Of a stretch of 64,000 nt of DNA, positions 25,822 to 38,570 are shown in pieces. The notes under the pieces are model-generated. The model saw only the letters and a list, made by a program, of their open reading frames with translations, was not told where the DNA came from and ran no database searches. The first letter of the stretch is position 1. Each line of letters starts with the position of its first letter. Source of the stretch: Chiloscyllium plagiosum (Eukaryota); assembly GCF_004010195.1 (NCBI RefSeq), contig NC_057749.1, positions 6,779,416-6,843,415 of the forward strand, given 5' to 3'. The translations under genes were made by a program, and so were the position numbers.

Positions 25822-26138
25822 TGTTGTGGTTCTCCAGAACAGCCAGGGAATTCCTAGAGGCATGGCATTCATCCACAAACTCCATCAACAAACACATCGA
25901 CTTGGACCCAATATACCAACCACTACAGCGGACAGCTGAAACTGACAACCGGAAGCGGCAGGGACAGACCACTATAAACACCGGAGGAAACATCAAAGAA
26001 GCGCTTCGCAGGAGGCTCCCAAGCACTGATGATGTCGCCTAGCCAGGAGACGAAACGTTTGCAACAAAAACTTCCAGCTCGGCGAACAGAACCACAACAA
26101 CGAGCACCCGAGCTACAAATCTTCGCACAAACTTCGAA
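25822..26138 (+). mobile_element. Penelope-like element family 3, 5'-truncated, with hammerhead motif and 13-bp TSD
   Basis: RTAREFLEAWHS..SINKHIDLDPIYQPL resembles a GIY-YIG C-terminus. TSD cacttgaatttat at 25809-25821 and 26139-26151. Confidence 0.85.
26023..26062 (+). ncRNA. Minimal type I hammerhead ribozyme motif (PLE family 3)
   Basis: GCA-CUGAUGA-U-GUCGCC..GGAGAC-GAAA-CGUU-UGC: stem I GCA/UGC, conserved core, palindromic ACGU stem III. Confidence 0.65.
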
Positions 26139-26199
26139 CACTTGAATTTATATCATCCTTTGTGTCAGTTTTCCCAATTTTCAACAAATTTCTCTAAGA

Positions 26200-26570
26200 T
26201 CTAGAGGGGTGACCTTATAGAGGTTTATAAAATCATGAGGAGTATAGATAGGGTTAATGATGGGTGTCTTTTCCCCGAGATGGAGGATTCCAAGATTAGG
26301 GGGCACATTATAAAGGTGAGAGGAGAAAGATGTAAAAAAAAAAGACATCACAGAAGGTGGTTCACGTGTGGAATGAAACTACCAGAGCAAGTGGTGGATG
26401 TGATCACAGTTACAACGTTTAAAAGACACTTAAGTAAGCACATAAATAGGGAAGGTTTGGAGGGATATGAGCCAGGAGCAGGCAGGTGGGACAACTTTAG
26501 TTTGGGATTATGTTTGGCATGGACTGGGTGGACCAAAGGATCTGTTTCCATGCTGAGTGATTCTTTGACC
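26200..26570 (+). mobile_element. CR1 3' fragment
   Basis: RT C-terminal remnant and 3' UTR. Confidence 0.8.
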
Positions 26571-27034
26571 TGTTCAATTCAGTGAAAAATCCCGATCTAT
26601 TTGAGTCAGGGAAAAGGATTTAATGCATCACAAGTCTTCGATAATAATTGTGGAAAAACAGATCCTTTAAAGTTGAATCCAATTTGAGAAATATGAATTA
26701 ACCTGAAGTGAAGAATGGTCTTTATAAATAGTGTGACTGATACTATACTGTCCAATTAATGCGACTTAAGGGGTTTCCTTTAATAAATATTTGCAACGAA
26801 TGTTTCTTTTTTTCTGAATGTTCTTGCTGAATACATTGTGGACCAGATTTGGATGGAATTGAAGACTCTCTAATCTTTAAAGAGGCTGGATGGACTCAGC
26901 TGGAGAAATTCTGCTCCCACTTTTGATAGATCCCATCCTTTCTGGCAGAAGGAAATGGGTGGGACTTGATTCACACAGTTAAGAAACCTGTACCCAGCAG
27001 GGCTATTTAATCTTATTGGTAAATTCAAACATGT

Positions 27035-28540
27035 CATAGAATCCTTACAGAGTGGGAGCAAGCCATTCAGCCTGTTGAGTCAACACTGACCCTCCAAAGA
27101 GCATCCCACCCACAGCACCTCCACATTTCCTATCGTTAATCCACCACATTAAGGACAATTTAACATGACCAGTCTACCTGACCTGCACATCTTTAGACTG
27201 TGGGAAGCAAATCAGACCAAACCCATGGTACAAACACCACACAGGCAGTTGCCCAAAGCTGGAATCAAACTGGGGTCCCTGGCGCTGTGAGGCAGCAGTG
27301 CAAACCACTGAGCCACTGTACCACTGACCTCATAATGGCTGATCTAAGGGCTGGGTGTGGTAGAAACATAGGAGCAGGAAGAGGCCGTTTGACCCTACTA
27401 GCATGCTCCACCACTCAGTATGTTCATGACTGATCATCCAATTCAAAACCCTGTTCCCGTTTCCCCCCAAACCATAAGACCATAAGACATAGGAGCAGAA
27501 ATTAGGCCATTCAGCCCATTGAGTCTGCTCTGCCATTTAAACATGGTGGATGAATTTCCCAACCCCATTCTCCTGCTTTCTCGCCGTAATCCTTGATCCC
27601 CTTGATACTCAGGAACCTATCTATCTTCGGCTTAAATGCACTTAATGACCGGGCCTCCACAGCCTTCTGCGGCAATGAATTCCACAGATTCACCATTCTC
27701 TGGCTGAAGAAGTCCTTATCTCCATTTAAAAGGTCTTCTCTTTATTCTAAGGCTGTGTCCTCAGGTCCTAATCTCTCCTAGCAATGGAAACATTTTCCCA
27801 ACATCTACTCTGTCCAGGCCATTCAGTATGCTGTAAGTTTCTATTAGATCTCCCCTCATCCTTCTAAGTTCTATCAAGTGTGGATCCAAAGTTCTCAAAC
27901 GTTCCTGACATGTTAAGCTCTTCATTCCTAGGACCATTCTCATGAACCTCCTCTGAACACAATCTAGGGTCAGTACATCCTTCCTGAGATATGGAGCCCA
28001 TAACTGTACACAAAACTTCATATCATTTGATCCCTTTAGCCCTCAGAACCACATTAAACTTCTTCTTTGAAACATTCAATGTTTTGGCCTCAATGCTTTC
28101 TGTGGTGGACAATTCCACTATTCTCTGGGTGAAGAAAGTTCTCCTCCTCTCAGTTCTAAATGACTTACCCCATACCCTTAGACTGTGATCTCTGGTTCCC
28201 CAGTCACTAGAAACATCCTTCCTACATTTACCGTGTCTCGTCCTGTTGGGATTTTATAGGTTTCTATGAGCTCCTCTCCATTCTTCTAAACTCCGATGAA
28301 TATAGTCCTCAGCTATCAAGTCTCCCTTCATACATCAGTCTCATAAACCTTTGTTGCGCTCCCTCCATTGCCAGAACGTCTTCCCTCAGATAAGGAGACC
28401 AAAACTGCGCCAGGTGTTGTCTCACCAAGGTCCGAGACAATTGCAACAAGACATTCATGCTCCTGCACTCGAATCCTCTCACTGTGAAGGCCAACATATT
28501 ATCTGCCTTTTCCACTGCTCACTGCACCTACTTTCAGTGA
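27035..28540 (-). mobile_element. Cluster of an HE1-like SINE (27035-27325) and several CR1 fragments
   Basis: CVQLWAPYLRKDV, VNLWNSLPQKAV and AQFWSPYLREDV remnants. Confidence 0.8.
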
Positions 28541-29394
28541 CTGTGGATGTTGCAACTTAATGGAAAAGGTACCAACACTTTTGAAGGACAGATAAGAACG
28601 CTGTTTATTTGTCATGATGGGAAGAGTTTAAAATCTTTATGTGATCTGAATCCTTTGCTAGGTACAATATATAGCATCTGACTAAAGGCCACATCCATCT
28701 GGAGTATGCTCACAGATCAGTTAGCCACAGTGGACAGATTATAAGATGAAACTTATTGTAAAGACAGTGTTAATGAATTTGTAGATGAGGCTCTGATATT
28801 AGCTGTGAATCCACTGTGATCTCAGTTCATGTCTGCTAAGAAATTGGACCTTGTACAGCATGGACCTCATTACTCTGTAGCCTTACTATTATCTTCAGTG
28901 TAATAGTAAACATAGTTTAATAGTTACAAAGAAGATGAGCCCAAGCTTGTATTAAGAACTGAAGAGCTCAAACCAGATATCAAAAAATGCTTATCACTGG
29001 ATTGGTGGCCAACTCTTTGCCCACTCTCTCTGTCACGCCTTGTCTGATATTCTATCAATGGTGTTCCATGGTTATGGTTGTTCTATGTCCTCTCTTATTT
29101 CTCCAAAGGTTCATCATGACCCTGCTAACATATTCCTGGTAAAAGGATGTAAGAAGTAGGATTAGGAATAGGCCAAAGGGCCTATCAAGCCTGTTCCACC
29201 ATCAATGAAACAATTCCTTACCTTACACTTCAATTCTACTGTCGTGGCCACTACACAGATCATTAAGGGCCCAAAATGTGTCCTCACTATAATAATAAAG
29301 ACTTCAGACCAAATGCAATGGATTCTCCTCACAAGCTCATTATTGAGGCTCCTTCCCCATGTCAGTGTTTCGATTCTCCTAAATCATGTCCCTC

Positions 29395-29790
29395 CTTGAC
29401 TTAGCTCAAGTCTCCTCCTAAAAATATTCGAGCCTGGGCTAGTAAGTGGAAAGCAACATTTGCACCAAGTGCCGGGGAGGACTGTTTCCAATAAGAGAGA
29501 ATCTAGCCATGACATTCAATGGCATTGCCATCACTGAGTCCCCTTCTGTCAATATCTTGGAAGTATGCATTGACCAGAAACTGAACTGGACCAGCCATAT
29601 TGATAGATCATCCCACACTCTGCGGAATATTTCTAGCAATGTTCTGTCACTCGTTCCTGATAAGAATCTGGTGCCATCCAGGGCAAAGCAACATGAGCTG
29701 TATTCCATTCACCATTTCAGCCATTCACTACCTGCAGCTTCAGCACACTGTGAGAACAGAGCGTAGCATCCACACTATGCATGATGCTAG
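29395..29790 (+). mobile_element. Second LINE family RT fragment
   Basis: FNGIAITESPSVNILEVCIDQKLNWTSHI in ORF 29446..29766. Confidence 0.7.
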
Positions 29791-29814
29791 TTGTCATTAA
29801 TGGTAAAACCGTTA

Positions 29815-30630
29815 GATCATAAGATGTAGGAGAAGGGTTGGTCATTTAACCCAATGAGTCTGCTCCACCATTTGATCATGGCTGATACATTTCTCAACTT
29901 CATTCTCTTTTCCCCATAAACTTTGATCCCCCTTAATAATCAATAACCAAACTATCTTTGCCTTAAATACACTTAATGATTTGGGTTCCACAGCTCTCTG
30001 TGGCAATGAGTTCCACAGATTCACCACCCTCTGGCTGAAGAAATGTCGCCTTAGCTCAGTTCTAAAGGATCATCCCTTCACTCTGAGGCTGTGCCCTCAG
30101 GTTCTAGTCCTGCCCATTACTGGAAACATTTTCTCCATGTCCAATCGATCCAGGCCTCTCAGTATTCCTTCAGTTTCAATGAGATCCCCCCACCCCCACC
30201 CAGCCTTGCAAATTCCATTGAGTCCAATCCAGAGCCCTCAACTGTTCCTCACATTACAAGCCCTTCATCCCTGGGAGTCATGATTTGGAGACGCTGGTGT
30301 TGGACTGGGTGTACAAAGTTAAAAGTCACACAACACCAGGTTATAATCCAACAGGTTTATTTGGAAGCCCTAGCTTTCGGAGTACCGCTCCTTTATCTTG
30401 GAAGTAAGCAACGCTCCGAAAGCTAGGGCTTCCAAATAAACCTGTTGCATTATAACCTGGTGTTGTGTAATTTTTAACTTCATCCCTGGGATCATTCTTG
30501 TAAATCTCCTCTGAGGGCCAGCACATCCTTCCATAGATACGAGACCCAAAATTATTCACAATATTCTAAAAGCAGTCTGATCAGAGCCTTATAGAGTCTC
30601 AGCAGTGTATCTTTGCTGTTGTATTCTAAT
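29815..30630 (-). mobile_element. CR1 3' fragment interrupted by a PLE family-2 hairpin (about 30277-30477)
   Basis: cttcatccctggga is duplicated around the insert (about 30263 and 30478). Confidence 0.8.
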
Positions 30631-31074
30631 ATGAAAATACCTTCCATACCTACAAGCTCCAACACCTAGAAGAACAAGGGCAGTAGATACACCACCTGCA
30701 AGTTCCCCTCCAAGTCACACACCACACTGACTTGTGAATATATTCAGTGTCGCGAGTTCAAAATCCTGGAACTCCTTCCCTGACAACATGGTGGGTACAC
30801 ATGTACTGCACAATAGGAAGGCAGCTCAACACAATCCTCTTTGGAACAATTGGGGCAGACTAACAAATAAAAATACCGGGAGGCTATTATTGGAGATGTT
30901 GTACAAATCAATAGATCAAATAATGACTTCAGAAGAACGCATTCACTCTTGTGACAATGAACATTGAACTAACATACCACAGGCCGTGTAGTCATTGGGC
31001 ATGCCCTGACTAGGCATTGACTGCACAAGTCACAGGAAGTGAGCAGTGATGTCATCATTGACACATTTAAAAAA

Positions 31075-32065
31075 AATATTCACAGGATGACAGCACTTCT
31101 GGCTAGGCCAGCATTTATTGCCCATTCCTTTTCCCAAAAGGTAGTTAATGAGTCAACCATTTTGCCGTGGGTCTGGAGTCACGTGTAGGCCAGACCAGGT
31201 AAGGATGTCAGATTTCCCTTTTTAAGGGCCATCAGTGAACCAGATGGTCTTTCCGTCAATCAACACACTGTCATCATTCGACTCTTAATTCCAAATTTTT
31301 GCCTCACAGGGGCAAGTGAGCTTATCATTGGATTATTAATCCAGAAATTCAGCCAATGTTCTGGGGACATGGATTCAAATCCCACCACGGCAGATAGTGG
31401 AATTTGAATTCAATAAATAATCTGGAATTCAGTGTCTAATGATGACCATGAAGCCATTGTTGATTGTTGTGGAAAACCTTTGCTTTGAGAAAAGGAAATC
31501 TGTCATTCTTACACCTGACTCCAGACCTACAACAACATTGAATCATTGAGTCCCTACTGTTTTAGAGCAGGCCATTTTATCCATAGTAACTCTCAAAGAA
31601 CATCTCACCCAAACACCTCTATAACCTTGCATTTCCCATGGCCAATCCACCTAGCCTACACATCTTTGGACTATGGGAGGAAATCCACACAGACACAGGG
31701 AGAATGTGCAAACTCACTACAGACAGTCACTCGAGGCTGGAATCAAACCCAGGTCCATGGTGCTGTTAGGTAGCAGTGCTAACCTGGAAGGTTGGAACTG
31801 AGGTAATGTGGGGGAAGGGGAAATGAGGAAACCGGTGAAGTCCACATTGATGCCCTGGGGTTGAAGTGTTCTGAGGCAGAAGATGAGGCGTTCTTCCTCC
31901 AGGCGTTGGGTGGTGAGGGAGCAGCGGTGGAGGAGGCCCAGGACCTGCATGTCCTCCGCAGAGTAGGAGGGGGAGTTGAAATGTTGTGGGATTGATTGGT
32001 GCGGGTGTCCCGGAGATGTTCCCTGAAGCACTCTGTGAGGAGACGTCAAGTCTCCCCAATGTCGA
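31075..32065. mobile_element. Cluster: SINE B copies, HE1-like SINE (31545-31782), PLE family-1 fragment (31785-32065, minus)
   Basis: Similar to copies above. RLEEERLIFCLRTLQPQGINVDF is a PLE endonuclease remnant. Confidence 0.75.
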
Positions 32066-32715
32066 GGAGTGGGGGTCAGAGAATGCCTTCACTAAGTGAA
32101 CCTACACCAAAAAGACTGCAGCAGTTCAGGAAGGCAGCTCACCCACATTTCCTCAAGAGAAACCGGGGATTGATAAGAAATCCTGGCTGCATCCTACGAA
32201 TTAATTACAAAAACGGTTTCTTTATTACCCGGGAGAGAGAGCTGCAAAGAGAAATAAAATAAATTTATTTTATTTTGTCATGCAAGGGACTTTATTTTAC
32301 ATCCCGTTGAGTATCTTTATTCAAGCAATCACTTCCCATTACTTGACACTGACACCAGTTTCCCTTCTGTTCTTTGCAGGATATTCTGCCTGTAGCTGAA
32401 ACTATGGAACTTTAGCAATGAACAGACAATGTAAGCAGTATCAGTTGACACCATTGTGCCAATCCCGGAATTAGAGGCAGGGTCTACGGCTGCTTACAAA
32501 CACAGCAAACATCAAAGTAAACAAGGTCTATCCATAAACAAAATCAGAAAGCGCTGGAAAAACTCAGCAGGTCTGGTAGAATCTGTGGAGAGAGTTAATG
32601 TTGCAGGTCCACTGACCCTCCTTCAGAACTGATTGTAGCTGGGAAAAGATTGGGACATAGGCTGAAGATGGGATGGAGGAGGAAAAGGAATAAAAAATAA
32701 GTGGAGATGGAGCCC

Positions 32716-32751
<36 letters not shown>
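32716..32751. repeat. (GA)n microsatellite inside a PLE fragment (about 32535-32890)
   Basis: Read directly from the sequence. Confidence 0.85.
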
Positions 32752-32752
<1 letters not shown>

Positions 32753-32899
32753 AAACAATTGGGCAGAATGGGTAAAGGTAAGCCTGAGAGAATGAATAAC
32801 TGCTTATGAGGACCATGCATGTTTGACAATGTGGTCTTAGTGGTAGCAGACCATGTAATGGCAAGGGTCTGCTGTGTAGGGGTTAGGGTACAGACATAG

Positions 32900-33560
32900 C
32901 GTCATAGAGTCATAGAGATGTACAGTACAGAAACAGATCCTTTGGTCCAACTCATCCATGCCAACCAGATATCCCAGCCCAATCCCACCTGCCAGCACCT
33001 GGCCCATATCCCTCCAAACCCTTCCTATTCATATACCCATCCAGATGCCTTTTGAATGTTGCAATTGTACCAGCCTTCACCACTTTCTCTGGCAGCTCAT
33101 TCCATACACGTACCACCCTCTGCGTGAAAAAGTTGCCCTTTAGGTCTCTTTTATATCTTTCCCCTCTCACGCTTAACCTGTGCCCTCTAGTTCTAGACTC
33201 CCCCAACCCAGGGAAAAGTTTTTGCCTATTTACCCTATCCATGCCCCTCATGATTTTATAAATCTCTATATGGTCACCCCTCAGCGTCCGAAGCTCCAGG
33301 GAAAACAGCCCCAGACTTTTCAACCTCTTTCTATAGCTCAAATCCTTCAACCCTCAACCCTCCTTGTAAATCTTTTCTGAACCCTTTCAAGTTTCGCAAC
33401 ATCCTTCTGATAGGAAGGAGACCAGAATTGCACGCAATATTCCAAAAGTGGCCGAACCAATGTCCAGTCCAGCCGCAACATGACCTCCCAAATCCTGTAC
33501 TCCATCCTCTGACCAATAAAGGAAAGCATTTCAAACATCGTTTTCACTATCCTATCTACC
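32900..33560 (-). mobile_element. Relatively young CR1/HER1-like 3' fragment
   Basis: ORFs 32952..33350 and 33347..33547 give the CR1 RT C-terminus. Confidence 0.9.
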
Positions 33561-33569
33561 TTGTGCGAA

Positions 33570-33812
33570 GGTGCTCAGGCCCTAAAACTATTGAACCCAA
33601 TATTGAGTCCAGAAGGCTGTAGGGTTCCTGGACGGAAAACAAGGTGCTGCTTCTTCCAGCTTGCATTGAGCTTCACTGGAGCACTGCAGCAAGCCTGAGA
33701 CAGAGATGCTGCACAGGAAAGAGGGTGGGGTATTGAAGTAGCAGGCCACTGAAAGCTCAGAGGCATTTTTGGGGCAGAACATAGGCTTTCTGCAAAGCGG
33801 TCACCGAGACTA
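33570..33812 (-). mobile_element. PLE endonuclease fragment
   Basis: HLVFRPGTLQPSGLNIGFNSFR, similar to 9140-10008. Confidence 0.7.
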
Positions 33813-34687
33813 TATGGAACATTTTTCAACACTGTCCCCATAAACATCAGCAATCAGAACTCATCACCAAAACAGCAGCACATGATAAGAACAGGGGCGG
33901 TTTGTTTAGTGAATGCAACAAGTGGGGGATAATTAGTACGAATTATCTGCACAAAATCTCAAGTTGCCCACAGCATTGCGTTCTTTGGGGGCGATGCACA
34001 CGTGAATTACCCAGTTGTCTCCTGTCTGCGTAGGAATAATGGTTTCACTTCTGTAGCCATCATTATAAAACATATTGCTGCAGACCCTGGAGTTAAGGCA
34101 GCTTTCTGAGGTACTGAAGTGACGAGGGGGTACTTATTGTGTAAATAGTAACATTTTGCAAGTCAGAAAGAATTATCTTTTTCATTAATCTCATTCACAG
34201 CCTGGAACAGTTCCAGTGTCAGAAGGCATTTAGCCATGCTTCAATGGGTTTCACTACAAATTAACCAAATTTCCATTTCACTCATTATCTTCCTGTTTAG
34301 GTTTACTCTGAAAGGTTTAGCATTGCAGAGGAATTGAACCTGGAGGTTCTTGCAACTGGAAATTAGATGAACAAAAGTGGAGAAGATCTGCCAAATTGTT
34401 GGCATTCAGAAGCCTTAACTGTTTCCATTTCAGTGCAGGGGACGAAAAGACATGACAAGAAGCAGGTTAGAAACTCAAAGGAATGATGAGGAGGCCAATA
34501 GATGCTTGTAATAAAGAGATTGATGACACTACTTGGGTGCTTCCTGGGTTTGGTCATGTGAGGTGAGGGTGTCACATGATCATAAAATTCAAAATTCATA
34601 GAAAAAGCTGAGTCCCAGATATGTGAGCAAAACACATCATCTGGCCCGTTTTGGGAAACTAAATTGAGTACTTTTGGAATACTGATA

Positions 34688-35485
34688 GATTAGATTCCCT
34701 ACAGTGTGGAAACAGGCCCTTCAGCCCAATCAGTCTATACTGACCTTCCGAAGAGAAATCCACCCAGACCCATTTCCCTCTGACTAATGCACCTAACACT
34801 ATGGGCAATTTAGCATGGCCAATTCACCTGACCTGCACATCTTTGGACTGTGGGAGGAAATTGGAGCACCCAGAGGAAACCCACACAGACACGGGGAGAA
34901 TGTGCAAACTCCACACAGACAGTCACCCGAGGCTGGAATCGAATCTGGGAACCCAATACTGTGCTCAATTCTGGTCTCCCTGCTAATAGGAAGGATGTTG
35001 TGAAACTTGAAAGGGTTTGGAAAAGATTTACAAGGATGTTGCCAGGGTTGGAGGGTTTGAGCTATAGGGAGAGGTTGAATAGGCTGGAACTATTTTCTCT
35101 GGAGTGTCGGAGATCGAGGGGTGGCCTGAAAGACGTTTATAAAATCATGAAGGGCATGGATAGGGTGTTTCCCCTGGGGTGGGGGGAGTCCAAAACTGGA
35201 GCGCATAGGTTTAGGGTGAGAGGCAAAAGATTTAAAAGGGACCGAGGTGCAACTTATTCATGCAGAGGGCGGTGTATGCATGGAATGAGCTGCCAGAGGA
35301 AGTGATGGAGGAGGGTAACACTTACAGCGTTGAAAAGGCATCTGGATGGATATATGAATAGGAAGGGTTTAGAGGGATATGGGCCAAATGCTGGCAGGTG
35401 GGACTAGATTAATTTAGGATATCTGGTTGGCCTGGATGAGCTGGCCCAAGAGTCTGTAACCATGGTGTACATCTGTATGACCCTA
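34688..35485. mobile_element. HE1-like SINE (minus, 34688-34950) abutting a CR1 3' fragment (plus, 34955-35485)
   Basis: RKDVVKLERVWKRFTRMLPGL and V-SINE-like core. Confidence 0.85.
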
Positions 35486-36380
35486 ATTATACTGTTATCT
35501 TACAAGATAGAGGGCACCCCTTTCCTGGGGCATTGCAAATCTATAAACACAGGAGAAAGAAGATTCTGGATATCATAAGGTTAGGAACGTTTGATCAACT
35601 TTAGCCTGAAGAAGCATTTTCAGGATTATGAAACCAAAATAATATCAAAGGACAGGAGGTGTGCCAGGTGTTTTAGACCCAGTAAAATGCCGAATAAACT
35701 CCCTGTGAAAAGGAAATAATAGATTTTAGGATTCTCTGCTACACAAAGGGTTGAGCACAAAGGGTGTTGAGCAATACACACTGTCAATCTCTGGGATTTT
35801 GGTTCAAATCCAGACCTTACCGATGGGATAAATGTCTTAGCTTTCTGCAGCCTGCTCCCTGTGAAATGTGCTTGTCAGTCTTAATCTGGTTGCTAGTGGG
35901 CACGGATCCAAAGCTCTTAATTTGACGCTAAGTTAGCAATCTCATAGGATGGCATGAGAGATGGAGAGGTGCCAGGCTAATAGGGAAGCGTTACATTGGC
36001 ACTGCAAAGTGACGCTGGGGCTGTTGCACAGCCGATGGAATTTTACTCCACAGCTAATCATCAGCCATCTAGCTCCCAAATGATTGAAACTGGACATTAG
36101 ATGCTCAAAATGGAAATTGTTTCATTTGCTAACTGTGAACTCCCTCATCTAGAGAGGCACGCAATATCCAGAACAAAATGATAATCAACCATCGAATGAA
36201 TGCGACATATTTACAGTGATCATTGGGCAAGAAAATATAATATGCCTTGGTAAATTCATATTGGGAGAGAAATATTGAAGTGATAGCATCATACCCCTAC
36301 TGTAGAATATCTAAGGAAGAATATGTGCTGCTGCCTATGGAAAATATCTGTGTCTTTACTCGAACATAACTTCACCCATT

Positions 36381-36832
36381 GGGGTGGCATGGTGGCTCAG
36401 TGGTCAGCACTGCTGCCTCACAGCGCCATGGACCTGGGTTCAATTCCAGCCTCGGGTAACTGTCTGTGTGGAGTTGGCATATTCTTTCCATGTCTGCATG
36501 GGTTTCCTCCCACAGTCTAAAGATATGGGCAGCACGGTGGCACAGTGGTTAGCACTGCTGCCTCACAGCGCCTGAGACCCGGGTTCAATTCCGACTGACT
36601 GTGTGGAGGTGACTGACTGTATGGAGTTTGCACGTTCTCCCCGTGTCTGCATGGTTTTCCTCCGGGTGCTCCGGTTTCCTCCCACCGTCCAAAGATGCCC
36701 ATGCTAAATTGCCCATAGAGTTAGGTGCATCATTCAGGGGGAATGGGTCTGGGTGGGTTACTCTTTGGAGAGTTGGTGTGGACTAGTTGGGCCACGGGGC
36801 CTGTTTCCACAGTGTAGGGAATCTAATCTAAT
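36381..36832 (+). mobile_element. Two tandem HE1/V-SINE-like copies
   Basis: Two heads gtggctcagtgg / gtggcacagtggttagc and an (aatct)n tail. Confidence 0.85.
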
Positions 36833-36879
36833 CAGAAACAGGGTCCGATTCCTGGATGGTGAACATGATGATTGTTTTA

Positions 36880-37470
36880 GACTGATATGTTGAGGAACTG
36901 ACAAGGGAGCAGCCTGTCCTAAATTTGGTATTATGCAATGAAAATGAGTTCATTAATTAATCATGTTATTCTTTAGGGAAGAGTGACCATAATATGGTAG
37001 ACATCTGCACTGGGATGGAAGGTGAAGGGGTCAAAGTGAAACTAAAGTCCTGAATCTAAACAAAGAAAAGTATAAACGAACGAAGGGTGAGTGGTGTATG
37101 ACAGATTGAATAACTTGATTAAAAGGCATGGCAGTGAGCAAGCAATGGCTAATATTTGAGGAACAAGTATATGCACCACAACATGTTTGTGTTGTAAAGT
37201 CACAATTGGAGAAGTGGCCAATTATGGATAATGAAAGAACTTAAGAAGAAAACTTAAAGCAGAGCAATAAATCCAATAAGGAGCCTTAAACAATTCTTAC
37301 AAACAGGGTAGCAAAACTAAGGATTGGGATTAATTTAACCTCAGCAAAGGAGGACCAAGACATTCATTAAGAATGCAAAAGTATCTGAGTAAACTTGCAA
37401 GGAATATAGAAGCGCATTGTAGGAGTGTCTATAAATATTTAAAAGCAAAAAAGGTTACTGAGGACAAAGT
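36880..37470 (+). mobile_element. Old CR1 ORF2 internal fragment
   Basis: ttagggaagagtgaccataatatg (LGKSDHNM, endonuclease end). Many stops. Confidence 0.6.
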
Positions 37471-38445
37471 GAAGGAGAGGCAGGAATTATTGCGAGACTT
37501 TTAATTGAGAAACTCAACTAATGTTCTGGGATCCAGGTTCAAATCCCGGCATGGCAAATTAGGAATGTACTGAAGACCATGAAACCATTGTCAATTGTCA
37601 GAAAAGCCCATCTGGTTCACCTTAAGGAAAGGAAACTTGCCATCCCTACCTGGTCTGACCTACATGTGACTCCAGACCCACAGCAATGTGGTTGACTCTC
37701 GAGTGCCCTCTGAAATAGCCTAGCCAGCCACTCAGTTGCATCAATCGCTACAAAATGTCATGACAGAACTGAAACCGTACGGACTTCCCAGCATCAGTCT
37801 AGACACTGGAAAAGACAGCAGCAGAGACAGTCATGTCAACCCTGAAAAGTCCTCCTTACTGGGGGCTAGACTAAATATAGTCTGATGTAGCCATATGCAC
37901 AGAATCATACCTTACAGACAATGTCCCAGACACCACCATCACCATCTCTGGGTATGCCCTGTCCCACTGGCAAGACAGACCCAGCAGAGATGGTGCCACA
38001 GTGGGATACAGTCAGGAGGCACTTGCCCTTGACGTCCTCAACATTGACTCTGGACCCCATGAAGTCTCATGGCTACAGATTAAACATGGGCAAGGAAACC
38101 TCCTGCCGATCACCATGTACCACCTTCCGTCAGCTGATAAATCAGTGCTCCTCCACTATGAAAGACACTTAGAGGAAGCACTGAGGATGGCAAGGGCAGG
38201 AAAAGTACTCTGGATGGGGAGTTTCAATGTCCGCCACCAAGAGTGGCTCAGCAGCAGCATTACTGATCAAGCTGGTCGGGTCCTGAGGGGTATAACTACT
38301 GTACAGGGCCTGTGGCAAGTGGTGAAGGAATCAACGAGAGGGAAAAACATATGTGACCTCATCCTTACTAATCTGCCAGCTGCAGAAGCATCTGTCCATG
38401 GCACTGTCAGTAAAAGTGACCACCGCACAGCCCTTGTGGACTCCT
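37470..38445 (+). mobile_element. 5' part of a LINE: tRNA/SINE-B-like head followed by an APE-type endonuclease ORF remnant
   Basis: B box ggttcaaatccc at 37536-37547. ORF 38001..38447 has LWMGSFNVRH (GDFN-like), STRGKNICDLILTN and SDH motifs. Confidence 0.8.
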
Positions 38446-38570
38446 GATGAAGAGCTTATGCCCGAAACATCGATTCTCCTGCTGCTCAGATGCTGCCTGA
38501 CCAGCTTTGCTTTTCCAGCACCACACTCTCGACTCTGATCTCCAGTATCTGCAGTACTCACTTTCTCCTT
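38442..38570 (+). mobile_element. PLE family-1 terminal repeat with hammerhead-like core
   Basis: cctgatgaagagcttatgcccgaaacatcga. Confidence 0.75.

Noticed and set aside
32252..32275. 24-bp palindrome aaataaaataaatttattttattt
   Set aside because: Low-complexity AT sequence.
36527..36600. tRNA genes
   Set aside because: The A/B-box sequences are SINE heads continuing into SINE bodies. No complete cloverleaf is evident.
38001..38447. 148-aa ORF as an intact or domesticated nuclease gene
   Set aside because: The catalytic GDFN is altered to GSFN, the upstream part is frameshifted, and it is truncated by a PLE terminus.
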